Source: a virus (lineage: Duplodnaviria; Caudoviricetes). Taken from it: a stretch of 56,797 nucleotides of DNA. Under the pieces are notes generated by a model. The model was given only the letters and a program-made list of their open reading frames with translations, was not told the DNA's origin and did not search any database. Of the stretch, positions 6,216 through 14,623 are shown one piece after another. Where the stretch lies: positions 1 through 56,797 of the IMG/VR virus record IMGVR_UViG_3300045586_000026; one strand, 5' to 3'. Each line of letters begins with the position of its first letter. The stretch's first letter is position 1. The position numbers and the translations under genes were made by a program.

Positions 6216-6610
6216 GGTATATTATGATTAGTTTAGAAGAGTCTATAAAGAGATTGAAGTTGTTGAAGATGGCCCGCGATAAGCTTGGTGCTGAGTTGTT
6301 ACAAAAGCACAACGATTCATTTTTAAATTGGAAAAAAGAATGCGATGAAGCATGGGATAAAGACAAGAAGTTGTTGCCATACCATGTGCAGTCATATTAC
6401 CCAACTGAGAGTGAGATCGTCGCTAAAGCTGTTGAGCTATATGTCGCTACCGTCAACGCTGAAGTTAATGAAGATGAAAAGACAGAGGAACTCGTCGAAG
6501 AGATCAGTCCACAGACTATAGATGATTTTACACACGACAGCGAAGTTATCTCTATGGAGACCTTCAATAGAATAAAGAACAAAAATAAGAAAGATCCACC
6601 AGATGTCTAA
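6212..6610 (+). CDS. Hypothetical protein
   Basis: 132 aa ORF tightly packed in operon. Confidence 0.75.
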   Translation: MRYIMISLEESIKRLKLLKMARDKLGAELLQKHNDSFLNWKKECDEAWDKDKKLLPYHVQSYYPTESEIVAKAVELYVATVNAEVNEDEKTEELVEEISPQTIDDFTHDSEVISMETFNRIKNKNKKDPPDV

Positions 6611-7094
6611 TGTAGTCGGCATATATTCTAACAACACTTCACTGTTGACGTCGTATACTCACGCGCTCTCCAATCTAAATCAAAGCGTTGTTGCAGTTCA
6701 ATCTGCTAACAGCGGGATGGGAGGCTCTGGTAACGATGTAATCAACATTGGTACGATGGGAGAGCCCGGACCGCCTGGACCTCCAGGACCTCCGGGGCCT
6801 CCTGGCAATCCAAGCCCAGTCGCAGTCACTGAAGTTGCTACAGCCGAGTATACCGCATTATCAACTGATTACTTTCTATGTGTATTGGTTATAGCTCAAG
6901 TCGTAATCACGCTGCCAACAGGCATTCTCGGTACAGTCTACATAGTTAAAGACTGTAGTGGAAATGCTTCTGTTGCCTCACCTATTATCATACAAGGTAC
7001 TGCACAAAATGTGGATGGTGGAACCGCAACGATCAATGTTGCGTATGGAAGTGTAACGCTTATATTTAATGGCACTGACTGGAGTCTAGTGTAA
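6603..7094 (+). CDS. Collagen-repeat protein with C-terminal beta domain
   Basis: GEP(GPP)4 repeats; ITLPTG..GTVYIVKD..W motif shared with ORFs 7665 and 8073. Confidence 0.8.
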   Translation: MSNVVGIYSNNTSLLTSYTHALSNLNQSVVAVQSANSGMGGSGNDVINIGTMGEPGPPGPPGPPGPPGNPSPVAVTEVATAEYTALSTDYFLCVLVIAQVVITLPTGILGTVYIVKDCSGNASVASPIIIQGTAQNVDGGTATINVAYGSVTLIFNGTDWSLV

Positions 7095-7648
7095 TGTCAT
7101 ATAAAGCTCCATTAGCATCATTGACTGACTTTGGTATCATGAAGGTCGGCACTGGTCTGAGCGTAACCAATGGATTGGTGACGGCAACACTTGGCTTATT
7201 GAACTATGGATTCTTCACCGACAGTACCACGCAGACCAATCCAGTCGCGAGTGCCGTTAACATCGCAACGTTCAACGTAACAGGTCCAGCCAATGGCGTA
7301 AGTGTAGTTGGTGGCACTGCCGTCACAGTTGCCAATGCTGGTACTTACACTAAGATGTTTACATTGATTGTGTCAAAGACTTCTGGTGGTACGACAGACA
7401 TAAGCGTTTGGCTCAGACTGAACGGAGTCGACGTTGTAGGATCAAGACAAGATTTAGAATTAACAAACACCTTGGCGCTGATTTTTGCGTCGGGAAATTT
7501 TACTTTGAATATTCCAGCTGGCGGCAATATTCAATTGTGTTGGAGCAGCATTGACACCACTGTTGCTCTAACTGCTCTCCCAGCCGCCGTAACTCCCACA
7601 AGACCCACTGGCAATAGTGTCAAACTTACACTGACCAGAATTAGTTAA
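7094..7648 (+). CDS. Beta-sandwich (BclA-CTD/C1q-like) structural protein
   Basis: NGVSVVGGTAVTVANAGTY...VWLRLNG pattern typical of TNF/C1q-like jelly rolls. Confidence 0.6.
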   Translation: MSYKAPLASLTDFGIMKVGTGLSVTNGLVTATLGLLNYGFFTDSTTQTNPVASAVNIATFNVTGPANGVSVVGGTAVTVANAGTYTKMFTLIVSKTSGGTTDISVWLRLNGVDVVGSRQDLELTNTLALIFASGNFTLNIPAGGNIQLCWSSIDTTVALTALPAAVTPTRPTGNSVKLTLTRIS

Positions 7649-7664
7649 AAAGAAGGAAATAGAA

Positions 7665-8066
7665 ATGTCATATGCAAATAATTCACTATCGATCGCCGCA
7701 GGAACCGGCATCACAGTAACACCAACTACGGCCACAGGTGCTACCACACTTACGATCAGCACTGCTGGTACTGAGATCTTAGGCGTACGTATCGCAGTCG
7801 CTACACCAATCGCGGTTGTAGCAGCTACTGACGAAGTCGTAAGCATCGAAGTTCCAGGTCCAGTCGCAGTTGCTGTAACGCTACCAGCTGGTGTAACAGG
7901 ACAAGTATTTTATCTTAAGGATGGTCTTGGTCTAGCTGCTCCAGCAACACCAGTGACTATCACTCCAGTTGCTGGCACCATCGACGGCGCTGCGACTGCA
8001 ACCATCGACGCACCTTATGGCTCACTTACACTAGTTTACTCTGGCGTAGAGTGGAAGATCCTATAA
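7665..8066 (+). CDS. Beta-rich structural protein (paralog of 6603 and 8073 C-domains)
   Basis: VTLPAGVTGQVFYLKD...YGSLTLVYSGVEW. Confidence 0.75.
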   Translation: MSYANNSLSIAAGTGITVTPTTATGATTLTISTAGTEILGVRIAVATPIAVVAATDEVVSIEVPGPVAVAVTLPAGVTGQVFYLKDGLGLAAPATPVTITPVAGTIDGAATATIDAPYGSLTLVYSGVEWKIL

Positions 8067-8072
8067 TATATT

Positions 8073-8531
8073 ATGGCATACAGTAGACCAGTATTACCCG
8101 GCGTCGGGCTCAGACAACGTCCAGTCGCTACGACTCCAGCGCAGACTGGAATTCAACAGACGACTCTAGACGTTGACATCGCCACGACCTTTAGTCTTGG
8201 AGTAGTTCAAGTTGGTAGTGGTCTGAACATAACTCCAGCTGGAGTGCTGTCGACGATTAGTAACGGTTTTATCAATGTCACATTAACAAATATTAATTAC
8301 ACTGCAACTGTAGATGATTATTATATTGGTTGTACTAAGAAGGATATAACAGTTACACTTCCTCTTGGTATAGTTGGTAAGGTATACGTGATAAAGAGTC
8401 AATCTAATGGAAACATAGAAGTTGAAACAACTGGCGGACAAAAGATAGACTCAAGTTTAGATAAAACACTCGGTTCTAATGACAGCATCATCGTCGTGTT
8501 CGATGGCACTCGTTGGAATATCATAAATTAA
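8073..8531 (+). CDS. Beta-rich structural protein
   Basis: LGVVQVGSGLNIT motif (cf. 7094) plus VTLPLGIVGKVYVIK...FDGTRW. Confidence 0.75.
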   Translation: MAYSRPVLPGVGLRQRPVATTPAQTGIQQTTLDVDIATTFSLGVVQVGSGLNITPAGVLSTISNGFINVTLTNINYTATVDDYYIGCTKKDITVTLPLGIVGKVYVIKSQSNGNIEVETTGGQKIDSSLDKTLGSNDSIIVVFDGTRWNIIN

Positions 8532-8658
8532 TTTTGTTCTTTTGATAGATTTATTACACAAACGTATATATAGAAGACCACTGTAAAATAACAGTGTACA
8601 TTAATTCATACATGTGGTATAATTGATCTATCAAAACAACAAACTCATTGGAGTTTTG

Positions 8659-8862
8659 ATGGCTTACATAAAAACAAAAGAAGACGTTCTCAAAGTCTGC
8701 TTAACGATCCCACTTCTAGTGCGTGTTCTTGAGCTGGTCAGAGAAGACGTGAAGAGCGATGTGAATCTGCATAAAGTTCTCGAAGTGCTGCTACAACTTA
8801 GCGTTGATAGATGCCTAACGATGGATGATTACATGAAGATTGCAGAAGCAAATCCAAAATAA
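8659..8862 (+). CDS. Hypothetical protein
   Basis: Early promoter, GGAG RBS, ATG 8659. Confidence 0.7.
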   Translation: MAYIKTKEDVLKVCLTIPLLVRVLELVREDVKSDVNLHKVLEVLLQLSVDRCLTMDDYMKIAEANPK

Positions 8863-8918
8863 CAGTGTACATTAAATGGAAACTGTGGTATAATTAACCT
8901 AACAACGGAGGAATGAAT

Positions 8919-9050
8919 ATGAAACGAAAACCTATCGCTAGAGAACGTAACTGCTTCGTTCGTCTGGCCTTATTCCGAAAAGCAGGGTCACACCGCAAGA
9001 GCAACAAAGCTCTACGTAAAGTGACAAAGCAAACACAGGAATCGTGGTGA
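8919..9050 (+). CDS. Small Arg/Lys-rich protein (43 aa) overlapping the 5' end of tRNA-Lys
   Basis: GGAGG RBS; MKRKPIARERNCFVRLALFRKAGSHRKSNKALR... Confidence 0.6.
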   Translation: MKRKPIARERNCFVRLALFRKAGSHRKSNKALRKVTKQTQESW

Positions 9051-9113
9051 AATGGTTATCACAGCAGACTTTTAATCTGCCAGTTCCGGGTTCGAGTCCC
9101 GGTGGTTCCACCA
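9038..9113 (+). tRNA. tRNA-Lys(TTT)
   Basis: GCAGA-CTTTTAA-TCTGC, CCA. Confidence 0.95.
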
Positions 9114-9149
9114 TATTAAAGTGCATTCATTGAGTGTATTTCAATATGG
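9111..9149 (+). ncRNA. Family B element 3 (minimal hairpin)
   Basis: CCATATTAAAGTGCATTC-att-GAGTGTATTTCAATATGG. Confidence 0.55.
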
Positions 9150-9155
9150 TTTTAT

Positions 9156-9231
9156 GGTGATGTTAGTGTAATGGTCAGCACCAGAGATTGTGAATCTCTT
9201 AGTACGGGTTCGATACCCGTACGTCACCCCA
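9156..9231 (+). tRNA. tRNA-His(GTG)
   Basis: G-1:C73, loop TTGTGAA, CCA. Confidence 0.93.
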
Positions 9232-9239
9232 ATAAACAT

Positions 9240-9314
9240 GCCTCGGTAGCTCAGAGGAAGAGCAACGCTTTTACACGGCGAAGGTCGGGATTTCGAAATT
9301 CCCCTGAGGCACCA
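9240..9314 (+). tRNA. tRNA-Val(TAC)
   Basis: Loop TTTACAC, cloverleaf, CCA. Confidence 0.92.
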
Positions 9315-9331
9315 TAAACAAGGAGTCCAAC

Positions 9332-9532
9332 ATGGACATCAAGAAGATTGGTCTTACAAGAGAAGACTTAGGCGCGATAGTAGAAGCAATGGCTAAGTTC
9401 CCAGACGCAATGGGAGCTCATCTAATTCACGAAGAAGACGACGGTAAGTATACATTGGGACTCGGCGTTATGGCCACCATCAATGGCATGACCGGACACT
9501 TCATCGTTCCTCTCGCAATGGGAAAAGTTTGA
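9332..9532 (+). CDS. Hypothetical protein
   Basis: AAGGAG RBS, 66 aa. Confidence 0.75.
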   Translation: MDIKKIGLTREDLGAIVEAMAKFPDAMGAHLIHEEDDGKYTLGLGVMATINGMTGHFIVPLAMGKV

Positions 9533-9578
9533 TTGTTAAGGTGTACATTAAATCGTATACCTGATACAATAGAGTTAT

Positions 9579-9841
9579 GGGATGAGTACAGCAGTTAAAA
9601 CTATTACGCTCAAAACGGACGCCGAACTGAGGAAACATCGTAAGGTGTAACAACAACGGCTAGGTTGGAAAAGACTAGAGACCCTATTAGGATCTCGACG
9701 TTGGTGCCGAATCACTACCTAGTTCACATTACATGTGATATGCCAATGAATTGGATACGCCGATAGACCGGATAGTCTATTAATTTCAGGCTGGGTATAA
9801 GAGCCTTGGTTAGAAAACCAAACTAACGAACCACCATCCCG
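9579..9841 (+). ncRNA. Family A copy 7: long multi-hairpin RNA
   Basis: GGGATG-AGTACAGCAG...CATCCCG enclosing about 8 short hairpins; starts just after a promoter at 9542-9570. Confidence 0.7.
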
Positions 9842-9849
9842 GTATTTTT

Positions 9850-9913
9850 AGATTGAATTCTGCAACATAAAAAAAATGGCTGTCTGCTAGGACTTTAAAC
9901 TAGTATCAATCTG
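9850..9913 (+). ncRNA. Family A copy 8
   Basis: AGATTGA-ATTCTGCAA...TCAATCTG; directly upstream of the DUF2828 gene. Confidence 0.7.
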
Positions 9914-9938
9914 TTAACATTAAGAAAGTGAAATAATC

Positions 9939-11369
9939 ATGTCATCATTTGCTCAAGCCGTTCAAGGCCAATCCGCTCGTACCACTAACGGTATGAAGGC
10001 ACTCAAGTCTACCTCAGACGCATGTGTAGACCTATTCTTTAAGGTGGGTGCATCACGTGGTAAGAACATCACCAAGGATTTTGTCGCAGCTCTGGCTGAA
10101 GACCAAGACACCGCACTGCGTATCGCTCAATGGGCTCGTGACGCTCGTGGTGGTGCTGGTGAGCGTGAACTGTTCCGTAACATCCTAACCTACCTTGAAG
10201 GCACCAAGCCTGAACTGGCTCTTAAGCTGATGGCTAAGGTTCCAGAGATCGGACGTTGGGACGACCTGCTAGTGTTCAAGACTGCACCAATCAAGTCCAA
10301 GGCTTATGATATGTTGGGCGATGCCCTTCGTGCTAAGAATGGACTGGCTGCAAAGTGGACTCCTCGTAAGGGCGTTATCGCTCAAGAGATTCGTGAGCAC
10401 TTTGGTATGTCGCCTAAGTTCTATCGTAAGTCACTGGTTGAAATGACTAACGTTGTTGAGACCAACATGTGTGCTAAGGACTGGGACAACATCAACTTCT
10501 CCCATGTTCCATCGGTAGCTGCTGCTCGTTACAAGAAGGCATTCTCTCGTAACACTGAAACCTATGCTGCATACGTTGCTGCACTGGTTAAGGGTGAGGA
10601 TCCAAAGGTGAAGGTTAACGCCGGCGCCGTGTATCCATACGACGTGCTGAAGGGTTGTATCAACTCTTACGGTCGTGCTGCTTACAACAGCGATGAGAAG
10701 GCTGTGATCGTTAAGCAATGGGATGCACTGGAGAACTTCATCGGCGATGCTAATGTATTGGCGATGGTGGATGTATCCGGTTCCATGAGTTGTAAGGCTG
10801 GTGGAACTGCTTCAAAGAGCGAGACCACCTGTATGGAGGTTGCTATCTCCTTGGGATTGTATGTAGCTGATAAGAACAAGGGTAAGTTCAAGGATACGTT
10901 CCTGACCTTCTCGGGTTCGCCAGAACTGCTACACTTGAAGGGCGATGTGCTGCAGAAGATCGATCAAATGTCCAAGTCCAAGTGGGCTATGAACACCGAC
11001 CTAGTGAAGGCGTTCGAGAAGATCCTTCGTGTCGCTAAGGAAGGTAACGTAGCTCAAGAGGAAATGCCTGAGATGCTGTTGATCATGTCAGACATGCAGT
11101 TTGACCAGTGTGCTCGTTTCGACGATAGCGCAATGAAGATGATCGAACGTAAGTTTGAAGATGCAGGGTACGAACTTCCAAAGATCGTGTTCTGGAACAT
11201 CAGCGCTGCCGACAACGTGCCAGTGAAGTACGACACTCGTGGAGTAGCATTGGTATCAGGGTTCAGCCCTGCTATCATGAAAGCGGTACTGTCTGCGGAC
11301 ACTACTCAATTCACGCCTGAGTCAATCATGCGTAAAGCTATCGATATCCCACGATACGATCTGGCCTAA
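9939..11369 (+). CDS. DUF2828-family protein (TROVE/Ro60-like helical region plus vWA/MIDAS domain)
   Basis: TTNG...VDLFF, ARDARGGAGER, GRWDDLL, AAKWTPR; MIDAS DVSGSM, NTD, SDMQFD, IVFWN, SGFS. Confidence 0.88.
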   Translation: MSSFAQAVQGQSARTTNGMKALKSTSDACVDLFFKVGASRGKNITKDFVAALAEDQDTALRIAQWARDARGGAGERELFRNILTYLEGTKPELALKLMAKVPEIGRWDDLLVFKTAPIKSKAYDMLGDALRAKNGLAAKWTPRKGVIAQEIREHFGMSPKFYRKSLVEMTNVVETNMCAKDWDNINFSHVPSVAAARYKKAFSRNTETYAAYVAALVKGEDPKVKVNAGAVYPYDVLKGCINSYGRAAYNSDEKAVIVKQWDALENFIGDANVLAMVDVSGSMSCKAGGTASKSETTCMEVAISLGLYVADKNKGKFKDTFLTFSGSPELLHLKGDVLQKIDQMSKSKWAMNTDLVKAFEKILRVAKEGNVAQEEMPEMLLIMSDMQFDQCARFDDSAMKMIERKFEDAGYELPKIVFWNISAADNVPVKYDTRGVALVSGFSPAIMKAVLSADTTQFTPESIMRKAIDIPRYDLA

Positions 11370-11371
11370 AC

Positions 11372-11394
11372 AAAAGGACCTTCGGGTCCTTTTT
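11372..11394 (+). terminator. Intrinsic terminator (CUUCGG loop)
   Basis: AAAAGGACC-TTCG-GGTCCTTTTT; a near-identical one lies at 21217-21237. Confidence 0.9.
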
Positions 11395-11420
11395 ATTATA
11401 TGTAAATAAGCGTTTAATAT

Positions 11421-12248
11421 ATGGACATCAATAAATTCGAATGGGATGCTGACGAGCATTTGAATAGAGACTATAATTGGGATAGGACTATTGCCGAAAC
11501 TAGAATTATCACTATTGCAGGTAATGCTCATAGCGAATTGCAAGCAGCGAAAGCGTTAGAAACCTGCCGACGAGTAGGACAACCTAATGTGGAAATTTTT
11601 ACAGCATACGATGGAACTGATCGCAAGACAATAAGAACTCCTAATCATCTAAAAAATAATGATGTGATGACGTGGGTTAAAGTTTTAGATCCTGCGCTCA
11701 GTATAACTGAAGTAGCTTGTGCATTAAGCCATCTAGCATTATGGAGTCGATGTATCACCATCAACCGCCCTATAGTGATATTAGAACATGATGCTATTAT
11801 GATTAGGCCATTTTTAGAAATAACGCAAACCAATAGCATAGAAATTTTAGGTCACTATTTACAAGTTCAGGATTTTATAAATTATCTAAAGTTAGATAGT
11901 TACTTAGACTTAGTCAATTATTACTTGCATTCTAGTAATTTTCCACCTGTCGAACATGACATACCGATGACCGCTGTTATCAATTATAATTTTCTATATT
12001 GTATGGGACTGCATTCATATGCGATAGATCCATTTATGGCACGTAGATTATTTTCTAAAGTACTCACTGAAGGATTGATTAATCCTATAGATGTTGTCGT
12101 TGAAGTTACTGAATTTGAATTAGCTCAAACTGGATTATACGCATTCAACAGTGCACAGTCTGCTAGTACAACTATAGGTATTAAAGATCGCAAGGATCCG
12201 ATGCGCGGGCGTAAAAACACTCATAGTATTCCAGGAGTAAGCCAGTGA
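11421..12248 (+). CDS. Glycosyltransferase family 25-like protein
   Basis: FTAYDG, EVACALSHLALW, IVILEHDA, HSYAIDP motifs. Confidence 0.8.
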   Translation: MDINKFEWDADEHLNRDYNWDRTIAETRIITIAGNAHSELQAAKALETCRRVGQPNVEIFTAYDGTDRKTIRTPNHLKNNDVMTWVKVLDPALSITEVACALSHLALWSRCITINRPIVILEHDAIMIRPFLEITQTNSIEILGHYLQVQDFINYLKLDSYLDLVNYYLHSSNFPPVEHDIPMTAVINYNFLYCMGLHSYAIDPFMARRLFSKVLTEGLINPIDVVVEVTEFELAQTGLYAFNSAQSASTTIGIKDRKDPMRGRKNTHSIPGVSQ

Positions 12249-12937
12249 AGCCATTACTGCCGAATCTTAGGTATGATAACATTTTAGAAGATCATAGCAT
12301 AGTGATTGGTCCACGAACTCTTATGAATGTAGAAGGACTTTCGTTTAATCACTCTTGGAAATTTAAAATAAATGAAGTAGCAGTAATACAGGGGCGCGAA
12401 CACCGGGGCGCGATAGATTCTGCTATCAATTTAAAGTTGAATGTAACTGAATTTGAATCATATAATGTAGTGGATAGTCTACCATCACATTATAAAGATG
12501 TAGATGTTAGAAATATAGTAATACCGCCTAGTTACACAAATTCTAATTGGGTTAATCAAATACGAATTATGAATCATAGATTAGATTATCAAGACATATC
12601 TCGATTGTTTAATCATATGACAGTATGGTTACATTGTATTACTAAAGGAACGCCAATCATAGTATTAGAATCTACGGCCAGGTTAAAATCGGTTCCAACA
12701 CAACATTTGCCACGTAGTTCTATAATAGGTTTAGATACAGACGGTGAATTTTATTGTCACAATATAAACTATAGAGTTATGCCTGGAGTTTGGGCATATT
12801 GCATAGATCAATTTGCTGCTCAAAGGATGTTCGCTAGTGTATTAGTTCAAGGTGTTAGAGAACCTCTTGAATTGATGTTTAGAGCAGATCAGCGATTAAT
12901 TCTACTACAATCACATGCGTATAGAGTGACCCCGTAA
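12245..12937 (+). CDS. Degenerate GT25-like paralog
   Basis: FNHMTVWLHC..PIIVLE..WAYCID align with the upstream gene; acidic catalytic motif altered. Confidence 0.6.
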   Translation: MKPLLPNLRYDNILEDHSIVIGPRTLMNVEGLSFNHSWKFKINEVAVIQGREHRGAIDSAINLKLNVTEFESYNVVDSLPSHYKDVDVRNIVIPPSYTNSNWVNQIRIMNHRLDYQDISRLFNHMTVWLHCITKGTPIIVLESTARLKSVPTQHLPRSSIIGLDTDGEFYCHNINYRVMPGVWAYCIDQFAAQRMFASVLVQGVREPLELMFRADQRLILLQSHAYRVTP

Positions 12938-12941
12938 GAAC

Positions 12942-12967
12942 AAAAAGGGCCTTAAACGGCCCTTTTT
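12942..12967. terminator. Bidirectional terminator
   Basis: AAAAAGGGCC-ttaaac-GGCCCTTTTT between convergent genes. Confidence 0.85.
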
Positions 12968-12991
12968 ATGGAAAATGCTCTTATGGGAACA

Positions 12992-13531
12992 TTAAATGAA
13001 GAGCCACAATCCTTGACTCATCAGCATAGCACCAATCAATCCAACAACGATACTACCCCAGAACATCGCCATGCTCACAGCTAGAATAGCTGCAGACAAT
13101 AAGACTATACTCAACTGAAACGCAGAACCTGAGAACGACAGCCAAGGAGTGTGTCGTTTTGCTTCGTCTCTAGCTGCTTCATACGCTCTTGCTCTCTCCA
13201 ATAGTTCCTTCTTACCCTCGCCAGATTTTGGATCACTCTCATAGCGATCGATCTTAGCGTTCAACTCGGTTACCTTTTTAATGTCTTTTCTATCGGCGGC
13301 ATCATCCCTTGCGTTCTCTGCAATCGTCTGCTTGATACTCTTTGCTTGATAGAAGTTATAAGTATCATTTGACTTTAGTGTGTTAGTCAATACGCTACTG
13401 CTGTACCCATTGGCGATGTATGTGTTAACCGCTAACAATGCTGCAATGACTGTGATCACCCATCCAGCTTTATCCTTAATGTGAGCTTCTCTTTCAGATC
13501 TGCTCAACGTCTTTTCTTTTACTGTGTCCAT
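12992..13531 (-). CDS. DUF4337-like membrane protein
   Basis: Three TM segments; YQAKSIKQ, ELLERARAYEAARD, AFQLSIVLLS. Confidence 0.75.
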   Translation of the reverse strand: MDTVKEKTLSRSEREAHIKDKAGWVITVIAALLAVNTYIANGYSSSVLTNTLKSNDTYNFYQAKSIKQTIAENARDDAADRKDIKKVTELNAKIDRYESDPKSGEGKKELLERARAYEAARDEAKRHTPWLSFSGSAFQLSIVLLSAAILAVSMAMFWGSIVVGLIGAMLMSQGLWLFI

Positions 13532-14022
13532 TAAAATCCCCTGTTAACTATTATGTGAAATGTGCTCCATATGACTGGTATTAATATTGATAGCGCACCA
13601 ATGAAATATAATGTATACATAATTATTTCAGCCATCGTCTCACGGTCTCTTTGTTTCTTATCTGCGATCGCCTTCTCTGCTGCGTTGCGTTCCTTCGTCA
13701 TACGGGTACGCTCTGCCATCATCTCTTCCCATACAGGAGCGTTGCCACTCCAGAATAGGATGTCCTTCAATTCTTTTTCATGGTCGCGTAGAGCCTTAGA
13801 CGCCATCGCAATCTCAAGTGCTTGAGCACTGATCTGAGCGTCACTCTTACCAATGTTGTCCATCTTCATCTTTGTCGATGCGATGTGGACGGCGTCAGCA
13901 TTCTGATAGAATGAACTGAACTCTTTGTACAATCCGTTGATGTCTTTACCAAGTGCCATCGCAGCCTTGATACCTTTCACCGCGCCTTGAGCTAAAGCGA
14001 ATGCTGTGAATGGATCGATCAT
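13531..14022 (-). CDS. Membrane-anchored coiled-coil protein
   Basis: MIDPFTAFALAQGAVKGIK N-terminus, C-terminal TM. Confidence 0.8.
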   Translation of the reverse strand: MIDPFTAFALAQGAVKGIKAAMALGKDINGLYKEFSSFYQNADAVHIASTKMKMDNIGKSDAQISAQALEIAMASKALRDHEKELKDILFWSGNAPVWEEMMAERTRMTKERNAAEKAIADKKQRDRETMAEIIMYTLYFIGALSILIPVIWSTFHIIVNRGF

Positions 14023-14219
14023 GATCGTCTATGCCAAGGTTTATCTTTCTTTTCCCAAGTGAGACATATGCTGGGGCTATGTTGCGAATGATCTGAAGAT
14101 CCAATCCATCTTACACAAACGTACTCTTCATTCTTTTTTAGTTTATCTGTGGGTGCGTTGATTGCACGAGATGTGGTGGATATACATAATATAATGATCA
14201 ACAGAATTAAATCTATCAT
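14019..14219 (-). CDS. Small secreted hypothetical protein
   Basis: Signal-like N-terminus; minus-strand late promoter at 14273-14280. Confidence 0.65.
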   Translation of the reverse strand: MIDLILLIIILCISTTSRAINAPTDKLKKNEEYVCVRWIGSSDHSQHSPSICLTWEKKDKPWHRRS

Positions 14220-14279
14220 ATTGTTCCTTATAGTTTTTATAAATTCACAATATAATACTTCACTCCAACAGATATTTAT

Positions 14280-14585
14280 ATGGCTACCAATTCAATAACA
14301 GCTGCGGCAGGCAGGTACAAAGCGCATCCATGTCCTAAGTGTCAAGTGATACACAAGGGCAAAGGACCGTATTGCTCTAAAGTTTGTTCTAATCGCGATA
14401 GAGACGATGAGTACAAAAAGAAGATGAGTGATATGAAAAAGTTCGGCGATAAAGGTCAACAAGTTATATGGGACCTCAATTGGGGAGAGAACTACGAGCC
14501 AATCATTGCTGGTGGACCTGTTGGACTAAAGGATAATCAATTTGTTTCTGGTGGCGATGTCTGGGAGTCCGATGATTCCTGGTGA
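14280..14585 (+). CDS. Small Cys-motif (zinc-finger-like) protein
   Basis: CPKC...YCSKVCSN. Confidence 0.7.
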   Translation: MATNSITAAAGRYKAHPCPKCQVIHKGKGPYCSKVCSNRDRDDEYKKKMSDMKKFGDKGQQVIWDLNWGENYEPIIAGGPVGLKDNQFVSGGDVWESDDSW

Positions 14586-14623
14586 TCTATAAATAGATTA
14601 TAACTTATCAAGTCGGGACTCAC

